The notes under the pieces were generated by a model. The model saw nothing but the letters and a program-made list of their open reading frames with translations, ran no database searches and was not told the origin of the DNA. Both the position numbers and the translations under genes were made by a program. A DNA stretch of 64,000 nucleotides from Octopus vulgaris (Eukaryota): positions 146,134,001 through 146,198,000 of the forward strand of contig OX597816.1 of the NCBI GenBank assembly GCA_951406725.2. Direction: 5' to 3'. This document shows positions 1-12,332 of this stretch, one piece after another; position 1 is the stretch's first letter; each line of letters opens with the position of its first letter.

Positions 1-1706
1 GCTCTGCTAGTACGTTGTTAAAGTTTTCAGCCAGCTTTTTGTGCATTCCTGTTAGATATTTCAACCAGAAGTTGGGGATCTTGTCATGCCCAGGTGCCTT
101 CCAGTTGCTTAGTCTTTGCAGTGCCTGGGTGACCTCTTCAGTTGTTATGGGGGTCCAAAGTTGTTCAGATGCCGAGTTTGTAATTTTGATACTCCTTTTT
201 TTGGTGGTTCGTTCGCCGACCATATCTCTCTCCAGAATTCTTCCAATTCTTCTGCCGTTGGTGCTGCAGTGACTTCTATTTTATTTTTGCCCAGTTCTTG
301 GTAGAACTTTTTGGGGTTGGAGCTGAACTTTTTGTTTTCTTCAAAGAAGCGTTGGCGTTTCTTGTACCGGCGGATCCTTTGTGCTTTGGCAAGGATATCT
401 TGCTTCAGCTTTTCTTTTATTTCAGGCAAATCTTTCTCTGTCATGTTATATTTGCGGAGTATTTTTGTTCTCTTTTTGTTGCTCAGTAGCGTTGATTCTT
501 TGCTGATTTCATTAAGAATCGACAGGTCTTTTCTAATTTTTTTTATTTTGTTTTGGATGTTATTTATCCACAGGGTTTGTTTGGGTGGTGGTACTCCTGT
601 TTGGGCGGGTTTGGGTGAGTATCCAGCTTCTTTTGTGGCTGCAGTGGCTGCTGCGTATATTAGGTTATTTAGCTCAGTGATATCACTTTTTTTTGATTCA
701 GTGGCTATCAGTTCAGTGACGGCTACGTTTATGCTGTTTATAATAGGTGTTGTTATTTCGTTTATTTTGATTCTTGGGAGGTATGGTCGGTGGTCCATTT
801 TGAGCTCTGTGGTTTTCAGTTCTTTGATTATTTTATTTTTATATTATCATAATCATTAGGCTCCCCTTCGTTGTTTACAGCGTGTTTGTTGGGAATGTTG
901 CGTTTGTCTTCGTGTTTTACAGTTTCAGTGTTTATATTATTGGGCATTGTTGTATGGCTTCTATCTACATTTTCCTGGTGTATGTTCTCTTTTAGGTGTT
1001 CTATTTCTATTTCTGATATTTTTTTTGTGTTGAGAATGTATCTTCGTACGTTAGCTAATTTATTAGGGTTCATTGCTGTATCCAAGTCTATATCTCTATT
1101 ATTTTCCTTCCATATTTTATATGTATGTGTTGTTGTATTTACATTTTTTGGGTAGAGTACTGCTGTGAAGTATGCGTGTAAGATAGAAATGTATTCCTCA
1201 CGTGTCCATTTACGTCTTTTGGGTTTTATTTGCGGGACATGAGGTACAACGTCCGGCTCATTATTTTGACGGTCGTCATTTTCGTAGGGTACCGGTCCGT
1301 TTATTTCTGTTGTCACATTATTTCGCACGTGTAGTTTTTCGTACATTTTTTGTTGTAAATTTAATGTACGTACCGCTCGATTGTTATTCTTGGGTTGAAT
1401 AGTATCGGTGGCATTTAATTTCTTCGTAGTTCCTTTGTACATGGTGTTTGGGGTCAGGGATGATCGTGATGTTTCACGCATGTGTTGCGTTAGAGATGGA
1501 GATGATATCGAGTCAAAATACATCATTTCATTTCGAAAATAGTAATAAATTTCAATTAGTATTACTTACTCGGGTACAGTCCAATTCTTTGTTAGTAAAA
1601 CTTTGGCTCCATAGGATGTCCTTGTTTTCGATGTTTGTGGATAGGTTTCGGAGCTCTGAATTTTCCTTCTTACATCTCCGGAGCTCTGAATTTTCCTTCT
1701 TACATC

Positions 1707-1707
<1 letters not shown>
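1..1707 (-). mobile_element. R4/Dong-clade non-LTR retrotransposon, N-terminal region and start of RT; runs off the window start and is frameshifted
   Basis: Minus ORFs 828-1526 (RRKWTREEY...NKLANVRRYI) and 145-798 (ELNNLIYAAA...AQRIRRY...NPKKFYQEL...EEFWREIW) have the R4/Dong N-terminal pattern. Manual translation of ~1-120 gives NWKAPGHDKIPNFWLK (RT region 0). The upstream end abuts a (TAA)n array. Confidence 0.85.
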
Positions 1708-1944
<237 letters not shown>

Positions 1945-1948
<4 letters not shown>

Positions 1949-2047
1949 TATTATATTTTTTATATTGTGCTTTCACTTCACTACCGAGCGGAGCTCTGTG
2001 TGCCTTGGGCATGTGCTGTGATTTGTTCTGATGCTCTGATGGTTATT

Positions 2048-2049
<2 letters not shown>
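1945..2049 (-). mobile_element. Probable ~100-bp 5'-truncated 3' end of a Dong-like LINE inside the TAA array
   Basis: Unique segment between two (TAA)n runs. The minus strand reads ...GCACATGCCCAAGGCACACAGAGCTCCGCTCGGTAGTGAAGTGAAAGCAC...ACTGAATAATAAT, running into a TAA tail. Family assignment is from memory. Confidence 0.55.
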
Positions 2050-2121
<72 letters not shown>

Positions 2122-4345
2122 GGTCTCATCATACACACACACACACACACACACACATATGCATTCTCGAGTTTATAAACGCGCTCGTCTTATCAAATGT
2201 GGTGGACATCTCCTACGCCTCTGAAATTCCAAGTAATATGGATCTGCATTAAGGTGTTATGAATAGATATAACTCTCATGTAATGTGTTACTTGCTATAT
2301 TTCTTCAATCAGTCGGTTGGGTACATACATATGTGAAGGGCGTATATACGCATGGAGTTACATATACAAACACTGTGTCTGTCTGTTTGTGTGTGATCGC
2401 GAGTGTGCGTGATTGCTTGTGTGCGAATGTGTGTATGTGTGTGCACATATGTACAAATTTTCTTTTTAATTTCAATGGAAATAACACAAATCATATCAAG
2501 GGTTGTAAATTAAAAGTTGTATATATATTTTTCTGTTAAACAGAATTAATATTTGTGTTGTATGTACACATAATTATTAAAGACACGTACATCAAAATTA
2601 TTCATCAATTTGACCACTATAAGACATTATTTACATACTTGTGACAGGCGAGGAATTTTCCAAGAGGATACAAATATCAAATATTGTAAATTATCCGCAA
2701 ACCCCAATTGTGTTACAACTCTATTCATTAATTTGCACGCCATACGAGCGATAAGTTTCAAGTTACCGATTAAAATATATATTTCCAAATTATATACTAT
2801 AGATATCAAGAATGGTAGTATCGACTCAGTATATGGAAAAAGTGGCCTACAAACCTATATAAACCATGAATTAAAATATATCCCAACTTTTTCCAGTCTT
2901 CTCCTTTGATAAACATATCCACCCACACATATGTGAGTGAGTGTGTGTGTGTGTACGATAGTCTTCCTCATAGTTTCCAACTGCTAAATTCAGTCAAGTT
3001 ATTCGTCAGCTCAAATTACCGGGCAGTTGTATTGAACCTAAGCTAGACGTTCCAAAGCAAGTTTCTTAACACAAACATACCTGTACATATGAATGCCTGT
3101 GGCTAGAATATTTATTTCTGTATGTTAACTATATGTAAGAAATAAAGTCAAACTTCTACTCGATTCCTTACAAGGGTAGAAGTGAAATGTGCAGCATGTT
3201 AGTAGATAATTACAATGTTAGTAGATAAATTCTATAAATTTGAATTTCAAAATTCTTCATAAAATGTTTGTCTCGATAATACATGTCTAGAATTCATTAT
3301 ATAATTGACACATAATTTGTTTCTTCAGAAAGCTTTTTAGAAAATTGAAAGGCGTAAATATTCGATTTTTAAATTGCCAATATAATAGCATTAATATGTT
3401 AAAGTCTTAGCTTAATGCCATTATATAACTATAACTATAAAACTATACATGGATATATGTGCATGTATACGTGAACAAGAATATATGTACATCCTTAACA
3501 TTTCTAGATTAATCACTATTATGCTGATTATTATATGAAGACATGCATCTCACACAAACAGCAATACACATCACTGGTAAAATTTATAAATATATAAAAG
3601 TATTACTTTATATATGCGAATGTAATGATGTAATGTATAGTTCGGATCGCTATAATCGCATAGGATGATATTGTTGCTCAGACCATCACTAAGAATATTC
3701 AAGTATTGTTAGAGACCAGCATATTGTTAACCAAAGTCTCGGACCAATATAAAGCAATACTATTTCTTTTTTCTTTTTGTATTCTGAAAGCCTATTCTTA
3801 TTGATCGTCGCTAGAATATTCGTAGGTAATGATTTTTACAAAAGTAGTATGTTCCTGAGATGAACCGCTATATAGTGAGTTATTACTTCATTGTATACAC
3901 ACGCGTGCATTCGCTGAAATATGTGCTGTTTGGAGAGATGATCTTTCATAAACATATGAAGATTTGAAATTAGTCTGTCCGCATCATAAAATTTGAAATT
4001 TCTTTCAATAAAATGATATGATATATTTCTAATACATTTGATAGTGACGTGATTGATTTCTCCGTCATTTCTGAACAGTTATTCCTGTTGTCGAAAACTA
4101 AGCTTAAACTAACTGGCCGATAATCCATTGTAATCTATCGATTCACTGTAGGTGTTCGCAGTAGCGTATAAATATAACATTTCATTTGTCTGGGGACCAG
4201 ATGTTAGTGGTGTTAATAAAATCACATTTTGTTTTATTGAATTTGGCTTACGATATATTTACATTGAATTTATTGTAGTCTTTTAATACTTCTGTAAATT
4301 TATATGTTGTGGCATAAGAGATCTTACTATTACTTTTTGCTACGA

Positions 4346-4548
4346 AGGCAGTGACCTGGCAGAGTCGTTAGCTTACTGGAAAAAATGCTTTGCGTCATTT
4401 ATCCGTCACTATGTTCTGAGCTCAAAATTTGCCTTTCAGCCTTTCAGAATATGTAAAATAAGGACCAGTTGAACACTGGAGTCGGTGTAATCGACTTTCC
4501 TCCTCCTCCTCTTCCAAAATTTCTGACCTTGTGCCAAACCTTGAAATC
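4346..4548 (+). mobile_element. tRNA-derived SINE (family A), degenerate
   Basis: A-box-like TGGCAGAGTCG, B-box-like GAGCTCAAAATT, core TAAAATAAGGACCAG...GTAATCGACTT and tail CCTTGTGCCAAA. Homologous to 55730-55925. Confidence 0.75.
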
Positions 4549-4761
4549 AGCTTTATAGTATTTGTCATTAATGTTTCACAATTAATCGTTGATAATCAAG
4601 TATTATAAACCTTAACCGTTATATTCTGACTTATTTCTCTACTTGCTAAACCACAACAATCTTACAATAATCGCTCGGACCCTTTACGAGTATAGGTATT
4701 CACTTTTCTTTTTTATCCTAAGCCTGCTATTATAGCACTGTCCGACTCATTTTTACCATTG

Positions 4762-4795
<34 letters not shown>

Positions 4796-5388
4796 TTCTA
4801 TTTTTCTTTCTTTTAACCGCGCTCCTTTTCTCACACTTCGATCTGTAAGTCTTTTTTAAAGATAACCTAGAAATGAACAAGCCATTTCATTTATGATATT
4901 CTGTACAACGATGCACAGAATTAAAACTTTTTATTTATCCAGCGGAAAGTTGTATAAATGTATTACATTAATCGACAAGTCGAATTATCATTTTGTCAAC
5001 TGATACGCAAAATCTGTCGTCTATACTCTTTTTGTTATTTGTATGTCTTGCAGATTCTCCTCGCATGAAATTTTCACGAATTATCTTATTTATTCTGCCA
5101 GGATGCAATATCTCTGGTCTTTACGTTATAAAATCAATTTTATGTAACTAGTATTGCATAATCATTGCAATGTTCTTTTTTCCCAATTTAAATGATATAT
5201 GCCCTCATGTTATTGAAACAGTGTAATATCAACATCTCTATTATTTTGAAAATCATTTTATATTCGACTTCTCCGTTTGTGGGAAACACATGATTTTTCT
5301 GAAGCACTCTAATTTGCTACACATTCTGTTGCCAATATACGCATGAATGTAGGCTGAAATAAACGACTGTGTTTCTGGATCTCCTTCC

Positions 5389-5432
<44 letters not shown>

Positions 5433-5437
<5 letters not shown>

Positions 5438-6582
5438 AGTTGTCCGGAAAGTTCATGCCGATTTTTAAAGGAAAGAAAAAGGTCAATAGATACTTGCCAT
5501 TACATTTTTAATCAACCAAATATGAACCATTTTGTTAACTTGAAAATACCCTCTTCCCAGTATTGAGGTGGTTTCATGGCAAAGAATACTGTTTTTTAAC
5601 GTCTATTTAAACCTTAATTTTAATTTCAAATTTAACTTTATATACAAGGCGCAGGATGGCTGAGTGGTAAGTAGCTTGCTTACCAACCACATAGCTCCGG
5701 GTTCAGTCCCACTGCGTGACATCTTAGGCAAGTGTCTTCTACTATAGCCTCGGGCCAACCTAAACCTTGTGAGTGGATTTGGTAGACGGAAACTGAAAGT
5801 AGCCCGTCATATGTGTATATGTATATGCTTGTGTGTCTGTATTCGTTGCCCCACATTGCTTGTTGGTGTATTTACGTCCCCGTAACTTAGCGGTTCGGCA
5901 AAAGAGACCGATAGAATAAGTACTAGGCTTACAAAGAATATGTCCTTGGGTCGATTTCTTCGACCAAAGTCGGTGCTCCTGCATGGCCGCTGTCTCATGA
6001 CTGAAACAAATGAAAGAGTATATATATATATATATCTTTTTACCATTTAGTCTATTATGCAGAGACCTGAATAAGTGGAAATCCGAAGGAGCAATATCTG
6101 GTGAATATGGAGGGTGGGGTAACACATCCCAGTCGAGCAGCAGCAATTTTTGTCTGGTTCCCAAAGAAACGTGTGGTGCTGCATTATCATGTTGGAAAAC
6201 AACACCCTTCCTGTTGGCCAATTCTGGATGTATCTCTTGAACTGCTGCTTTTAACTCGTCCAGTTGTGCAGTATTTCTCAGAATTAATTGTCTGGTTACT
6301 TGGGAGAATCTCATAGTACGGAATTCCTTTCCAATTCCACCAAACACAACGCAAAACTTTTTTAGGGTGAAGACCCGCTTTTGGGGTGGCTAAGGGTGTC
6401 TCATGTCGCTTACTCCAGGATCGCTTTCTCTGGACATTTCGGTAGATAATCCATTTCACATTACCTGTCACAATTTGCTTTAAAAAAGGCGCGTTTTCAT
6501 TCCGTTTATAAAGCGAATCCCAGATGGAAATGCGATCCAAAAGGTTCTTCTCACTCAACTCTAGTGGTACCCAAACATCGTA
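5433..6582 (-). mobile_element. Truncated DD34D mariner, interrupted by a SINE
   Basis: TIR TATTGAGTTGTCCGGAAAGTTCATGCCG at 5433. Transposase pieces WVPLEL, TGNVKWI, HDNAAPH and YSPDIAPSDFHLF. Closely matches the element at 24210-25482. Confidence 0.92.
5647..6020 (+). mobile_element. tRNA-derived SINE (family B), near full length
   Basis: A box TGGCTGAGTGG, B box GGTTCAGTCCC, body GGCAAGTGTCTTCTACTATAGCC...GTAACTTAGCGGTTCGGCAAAAGAGACCGATAGAATAAGTAC. Homologous copies at 32120, 58185, 58680 and 62150. Confidence 0.88.
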
Positions 6583-8019
6583 TACAGCCGTGCCTCTCGC
6601 TACCGACATCGCCGGAACCTCAATAGCACACTAAACTCTGAGTGGCCAGTATTGTACCAATATCAGCTGCTCAGGATCTCCTCGAGTGTGGCAAGCCTAG
6701 ACATGATTCAGCCTCTGTTGCCCACTAAATTCGCCATGCAAAATTCCAACAACTTTGTATAATTTTCTCCATTTCCCCCGAACCCACAATTATCATCAAC
6801 TGGATGAGTTCCTCGCGATGTGACGCCTTTATTAGCCGTGAGTCAGCAGTTAACCGCTGGTAAATGAAATATATGTAAGTTTTATTCTGAAAAATTAGAT
6901 TAATTACTTAATATATTAATAATATTTCTTTTGTATTTTCATTTACTAGTTATATCCTCGCTGACACAATATATTTTCTCTGCTTAACGTTTCCGTTTAT
7001 AGATTTTAAAGCAGAAATTATATCTAATTTTGAAGTTTTATGTGATTAAATATATGGGAAAATGCATGAAAAATATTAATGCAGCTACCATATTTATTGC
7101 AATTTCTCACATCAAATGCAATTTGAAATCTGCAGTGTTGCGAAAATAGCACATTATTATGACATTACTGAAATAAAGAGGTATCATACCATATTTTATT
7201 CGATGTTGCATTTGTTTATCTTCAAAAATTAATGTTTGTTTTATCAGAAGAAATTAACATTATAATTTAGAAACACTTATATTGTTTTTGGCAAGATTGC
7301 ATACTTTATAAAATTAATATATATTACACAAATACTAAAAAAAATCGTACAAGAAATTGTATTCTCTATTATTTTCGTATTCTCTATTATTTGCATACCC
7401 TATATACTCTTAATCTCTAAGTCATGGAAGCAAGTGTAGGATGTGTGAGGCTATGGTTTCCGGGTTTCTGAGATTTCTAGTAAAAGCGGGGAAATATCCA
7501 TTAGTTTGGGGAAGCTCAGTCTAAATACCTTCAACGGAGGGATCCACATGAAAAGAATGAAGAATGGGATAAAATATTGGTTCGATTCCAGCTTGATATA
7601 TTAGGCCATCCACACAAGAGCTCAGAACTCAAAAACTGGGACAGGGGATCATAGCGTATCATCAGCTGCTTTAACCATACATATTCTCGGGTACCTTGAA
7701 GAGGCACATATTTTGTGATCTCGAAATGCTAAGACGACTGTAACGTGAATTGAACTCAGAATACAAAGAGCTGAAGGCAACTGCTGTCTGAATCGCAACA
7801 TAACTACCTGTCTGATAAGGGTACACATGTATAACAACCATATGTGCGCGACATGGTGATCTCATATGAAGATAAACAGTGCATGAGTCTGCAGGTGGGG
7901 ACCAGGTAGAATATTCTTCAGGTCGAGTCGTACATCACTCAAAAAAGGTCCTTGAACGAGGTTTGTTTCAGGATGATGAATGAAACACCCAAATCTCCAG
8001 GGCCAATTATTCAAACACT

Positions 8020-8399
8020 AAAGAATTCCTCTCACCTCATGGCTATGGTACTCCCTCACTACTTCTGCTCTTGATCAGAAATGCACATATAGTCAGCCAC
8101 TAAGAGACATGACATGCTCAATTGATTAATGTCAAACAATTGACACGTAAATCTGTGGTACTTAGCAAAATATTTGCTGTAGCCCATCTTTTATAGCAAG
8201 GCAAATGTACTCCAAAGGATTCCTCTCAATACATGGCTATGTTGCTCCCACACTACTTCTGCTCGGGATCAGAGATGCACATATCGTCAGCCACTGAAAT
8301 CCTCAAATAGTTTAAGTTAAGCAACTGACAAGCGAATCTGTGGTATTGAGCAGAATATTTGCTATAGCCCATCTTTTGTACCAAGTCAAGGCAATGTAC
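8020..8399. repeat. Diverged ~190-bp tandem duplication within a dispersed repeat
   Basis: 8020-8210 and 8214-8399 share ATTCCTCTCA..CATGGCTATG..CACTACTTCTGCTC..GATCAGA.ATGCACATAT.GTCAGCCACT...AATCTGTGGTA...AATATTTGCT.TAGCCCATCTTTT. Confidence 0.9.
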
Positions 8400-8469
8400 A
8401 TGTTAACACTTCCGATCAATTAAGATCAGAAGTCATGACAGCCACAGCCATCTACTATATCAGGGCTTA

Positions 8470-8747
<278 letters not shown>

Positions 8748-9469
8748 ACATTGAAACATTAGTATGATAAGTTATATATATTAGGCTTGGCTTTAGTTTT
8801 TACTCGTTAGCAAGATACCAGAATACAATAAGAACAAATACACCAAAAAAGGAATTTCTTTATTTTTTGCTGTATTTCTCATTCTAATGTAGAACGTTGT
8901 ATAAAAAAATATTATCATTGCAACACATTAAGCCAAATTATTTTGGCAGAAGATTTACTCTCGTTCTCGTCTCATTGTTGTCGTGTATTAGTTTTTTAAT
9001 CTTTGTCTCAAAGGCTTTGATTTTTTTATTACTTGGCCTTATTCCTGCTGATTTGGCATTAGTGACTACAGAGCAATTGAAAGTTATGTCATCACTTCAT
9101 TGCAATATATGTCTGTAAATCGGATATTCGAGATCAAAGTAATCATCATTTATATTGTCTCCTAGATACAGTACATGCTTTTTAGTATCATCTTCATCAT
9201 CATCATCATTAGTTATTTGTCTCTCAATTTTGCTTCCATTTCTGGCTGAGTGTCCTTCAGAAACCTTCGGTCTCTAATTTCGATATTGAGGCTGTCAGTG
9301 AGATCAGAATTTTCATCCGACGTGTTATCATACCCATTTTTGCTGGATATGAGATTTACGTTTCTCCATGCCAAGCAGGGATGGGGGTGAGAAACTGCAG
9401 TGTTGTTCCGGAAAGATCTAGATCTGGAACCAGAAATTAGGTTGATGAACCTAGATATGAACAGTAACG

Positions 9470-10450
9470 AATGGATGACCTGAAGGCCGTTTTAGACACA
9501 AGTTTACTAGTTGTTAGAAGAAGGTGGTGTAAAAGCCTCGCAAACCTGCTCAGACGTTTTCATTGCCTGAGGCTATCGACTCCATTTCTCGAATGTGCCA
9601 GTGGGCACATGGACGAACCGTATCAAGTCATCTAGATCATACCTAGCTAGAATATTTGTAGACTAGCAGAAAATTATAGCCTAAATTGTTCTCTTTTTAA
9701 AAATCGTTGGTTACAACGACCACAAACTTTTGATCTGGTCAGTCGAGTTAGAAAGTCTTCGTAGGCAAGGACCCGAGTACTGAAAGTTCAACATCCCACC
9801 TCCGTTGTGCCAAGCTTACAAAGATCGGATCGGCGAATTACTTAAGCAAGTGTTGATGAGATCATTCGTCAACTACAAATGGTAGTTTGCCTTGAAAAGG
9901 GGAACTACAGCAGAATCGATTAGTTTTATTAAGTCATTAGTAATAAAAAGAAATCAGAGGAAAACTTAGAAACTTAGAAGGCATTGCAAGCAAAGTACTC
10001 GCGATGACATTGGCCCTGGATTAATTCTTCAATGTTAAGTAAGATGCACTGTCAGATTTAACGAAAATGTGGAAACGAAAGCTGATGTACGATGGTCCCG
10101 AGTGGCATAATTGCAAAGTGGCAACAAAGGCACAGGTAAATCTTTAGTGAACCAAAATGGGCGCATAGTATTCGAGTCCGAGCAGATACGTTTAGCATTT
10201 CAGCAAGATTTCGCCGAAATGTTTGGAACAAATGGCAGGTTGTAATGCAAGATAGACTTCAGTGCCTACTTCGTCAACATTGTACGACTGTTGGCATGGG
10301 GTGCAGAGTGATGCGACCGGCCTGTTACAACTGCAGAAGTATGAGATGCAATGGTGGGCTACATGGAGAAAAACCGCCTGGTTTCGATGTTCTGCCTACG
10401 AGCTTTACTTTAAAATGCAACACTTGTTTGGCAGCTTCTTAGCACATGTT
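9470..10450 (+). mobile_element. Degraded L1/Tx1-like ORF2 (APE endonuclease to start of RT)
   Basis: Manual translation gives NVPVGTWTNRIKSSRSYLARIF and VGYNDHK (APE motifs ~SYLDR and ~DH), then EKPPGFDVLP/YELYFKMQHLFGSFLAHV (~KSPGxDGLPxE). Many stops and frameshifts. Confidence 0.7.
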
Positions 10451-11099
10451 GGTGATGATGATGATGATGATGATAACGGCAACGATGATGACGACGACTG
10501 TGGTAGTGGTGGTGGTAGTGATGATGATGGTCACTGTCTTAGATGAACATGTTATTGAATTTACGGAAGTTTGTGCTTAGTTTTCCCCTTCACGGGTTGT
10601 GTTTATCAATTCTATTAGGTCATCTTGTTAATGCGATCAGGACTGTAAAGAACTACTGCACTGCTCAGTCCCTTTTTTTTACTCATCCCATGAGGCATAA
10701 TTTCGGAAGGAAGTATATTTCAAACGAAGGAAGTATTTTTAAAGCTGTCTTTCATACATTCATCTTTCCAAATGCCAACAGTAGGCGAACAAGAGTGGTA
10801 GCTTTGAATATGAAGCAGTTGTTTGCATTCAGTAACACCCACCACACAACAGTAGAAATTATTAAAAAGAGGGGCCACGTCATCAATAGCAGCAAGAGAA
10901 ACAACAAGAACAAAATCAACAGTATCAGTAATAATGGCACACGAAACAAGAACAACAACAATAATGGCAACAGCAGCGGTGATATGTCAAGCAGGAATAG
11001 CAGAGAGAAGCTTGAAATCTCACGACGTCAGTCACAATGACACCAGCGGGAGTTAGGTATGTGTGTGTGAGAGTTTAACTGATAAGACAGTGTGAGAAC

Positions 11100-11400
11100 A
11101 AAAGCTTCGCAAACCCGTTTCCGAACGTACCAATATGTTTTTGGACAAACTATATTGTTTCATCCAGACCTAAGTAGATACAGTTTTCTTTATATCAGTA
11201 GATGCGAATAGCATAGTTCAAACAGCAGTGAACCACACATTTTTGTCTTGAAAGGTCAACTTAGATAGTGATGTATGTTTTTATACAAGGACACTGTTAC
11301 AAGAAGGTCAATACACTTGTCTCGGTGTACCAAGCTTACAGATAGCGGATGAGAAAAATAATAAAGTTGATTTTAATTTGGACACTCTTCAACTACCTGT
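11100..11400 (+). mobile_element. Second, more degraded L1/Tx1-like endonuclease fragment
   Basis: PFPNVPICFWTNYIVSSR and GTACCAAGCTTACAGATAGCGGAT parallel the copy at 9590-9830. Confidence 0.45.
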
Positions 11401-11489
11401 GCTGTCTTGACACGAATTTAGGCGATTAGATAGAGTTGATACGATTCCGTATAGGTATAGCAATAGAGAAAGTTAGACTAAAAAAGGGA

Positions 11490-11696
11490 AAAGATTATTC
11501 GCCTACATAACATGGCAGTCCTGGTTTAGCACGAATGTTACTGTAATTTAGCCCCAGGAGACTTCATCTCCAGCTGGCTATATGACACAATCTGTGTCCT
11601 TATATTTTCGAGCAGGAGATGATGTCTCCTGGGGATAAATTACAGTGGCATTCGTCCTAAACCAGGACTGCCATGTTACGTTGGCAAACAATCTTT
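11490..11696. mobile_element. Fold-back MITE with ~86-bp inverted arms
   Basis: AAAGATTATTCGCCTACATAACATGGCAGTCCTGGTTTAG... pairs with ...CTAAACCAGGACTGCCATGTTACGTTGGCAAACAATCTTT around a ~35-nt loop. Confidence 0.85.
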
Positions 11697-12332
11697 ACTA
11701 CAAAGTACTGTTTCTGAATATCTCACGTTGTGAGATTTAAAGAAATAGTAATTTTCTAAAAGAGAGACGTTTAGAAACACGGAAGAAGCGCTTGGGAAAG
11801 ACGTTGGAGCCAAAACGCATGCGGCAGATTTCATTTTTGTCCAACTCTTCAGTGTAAATAAATATGACTGTATTATCGGTAGTAAGGCACATACTCTAAA
11901 ATGCAAAGATGGCTGTTTAATGCACAGTGTCAGAAATGCATCATGTCAAATCTAAATTTGCTCTTTGTTTGATCATTATAATAGCGGGCTACACAATCAC
12001 AAAGAGATTTGTGTGGTTGTATAGCCGCATATTGCTCGATTAATTGGGGAATGTCGTAGTCAGAAGCGCAGTCGATGACTAAACCGGCCACCCCACAGAA
12101 CATGCTTTGTGAGGAGAATGCTTTTTGCGATTTGGTCACCGTGGAGGATGGAATATAAGACATGACTAAGGGCGGACGAACTGAGGAGTCAACGGCCATC
12201 CAAATAACAACAAATTCACCATTGATTACATGCGGAGCACTGAATTCTATGTTTAATGTCCAGCACAGAATAGCTCACTTAAACTGCTAGATAGAGTAAT
12301 GAATAATATAATTAACACAAACAACTGCGTAA

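Noticed and set aside
2610-2909. Possible host exon (minus-strand frame ending near a GTATGT donor-like site)
   Set aside because: No recognisable protein similarity, no convincing acceptor and no partner exons.
10543-11040. 165-aa ORF
   Set aside because: Spans a probable dispersed repeat and an (AAC/AGC)n tract; no domain.
12040-12200. Possible HDV-like ribozyme in the Dong 5' leader
   Set aside because: Some stems are present (GATGACTAAA/TTTGGTCACC, CCCCACAGA/TTTGTGAGG), but the nested double pseudoknot could not be built.
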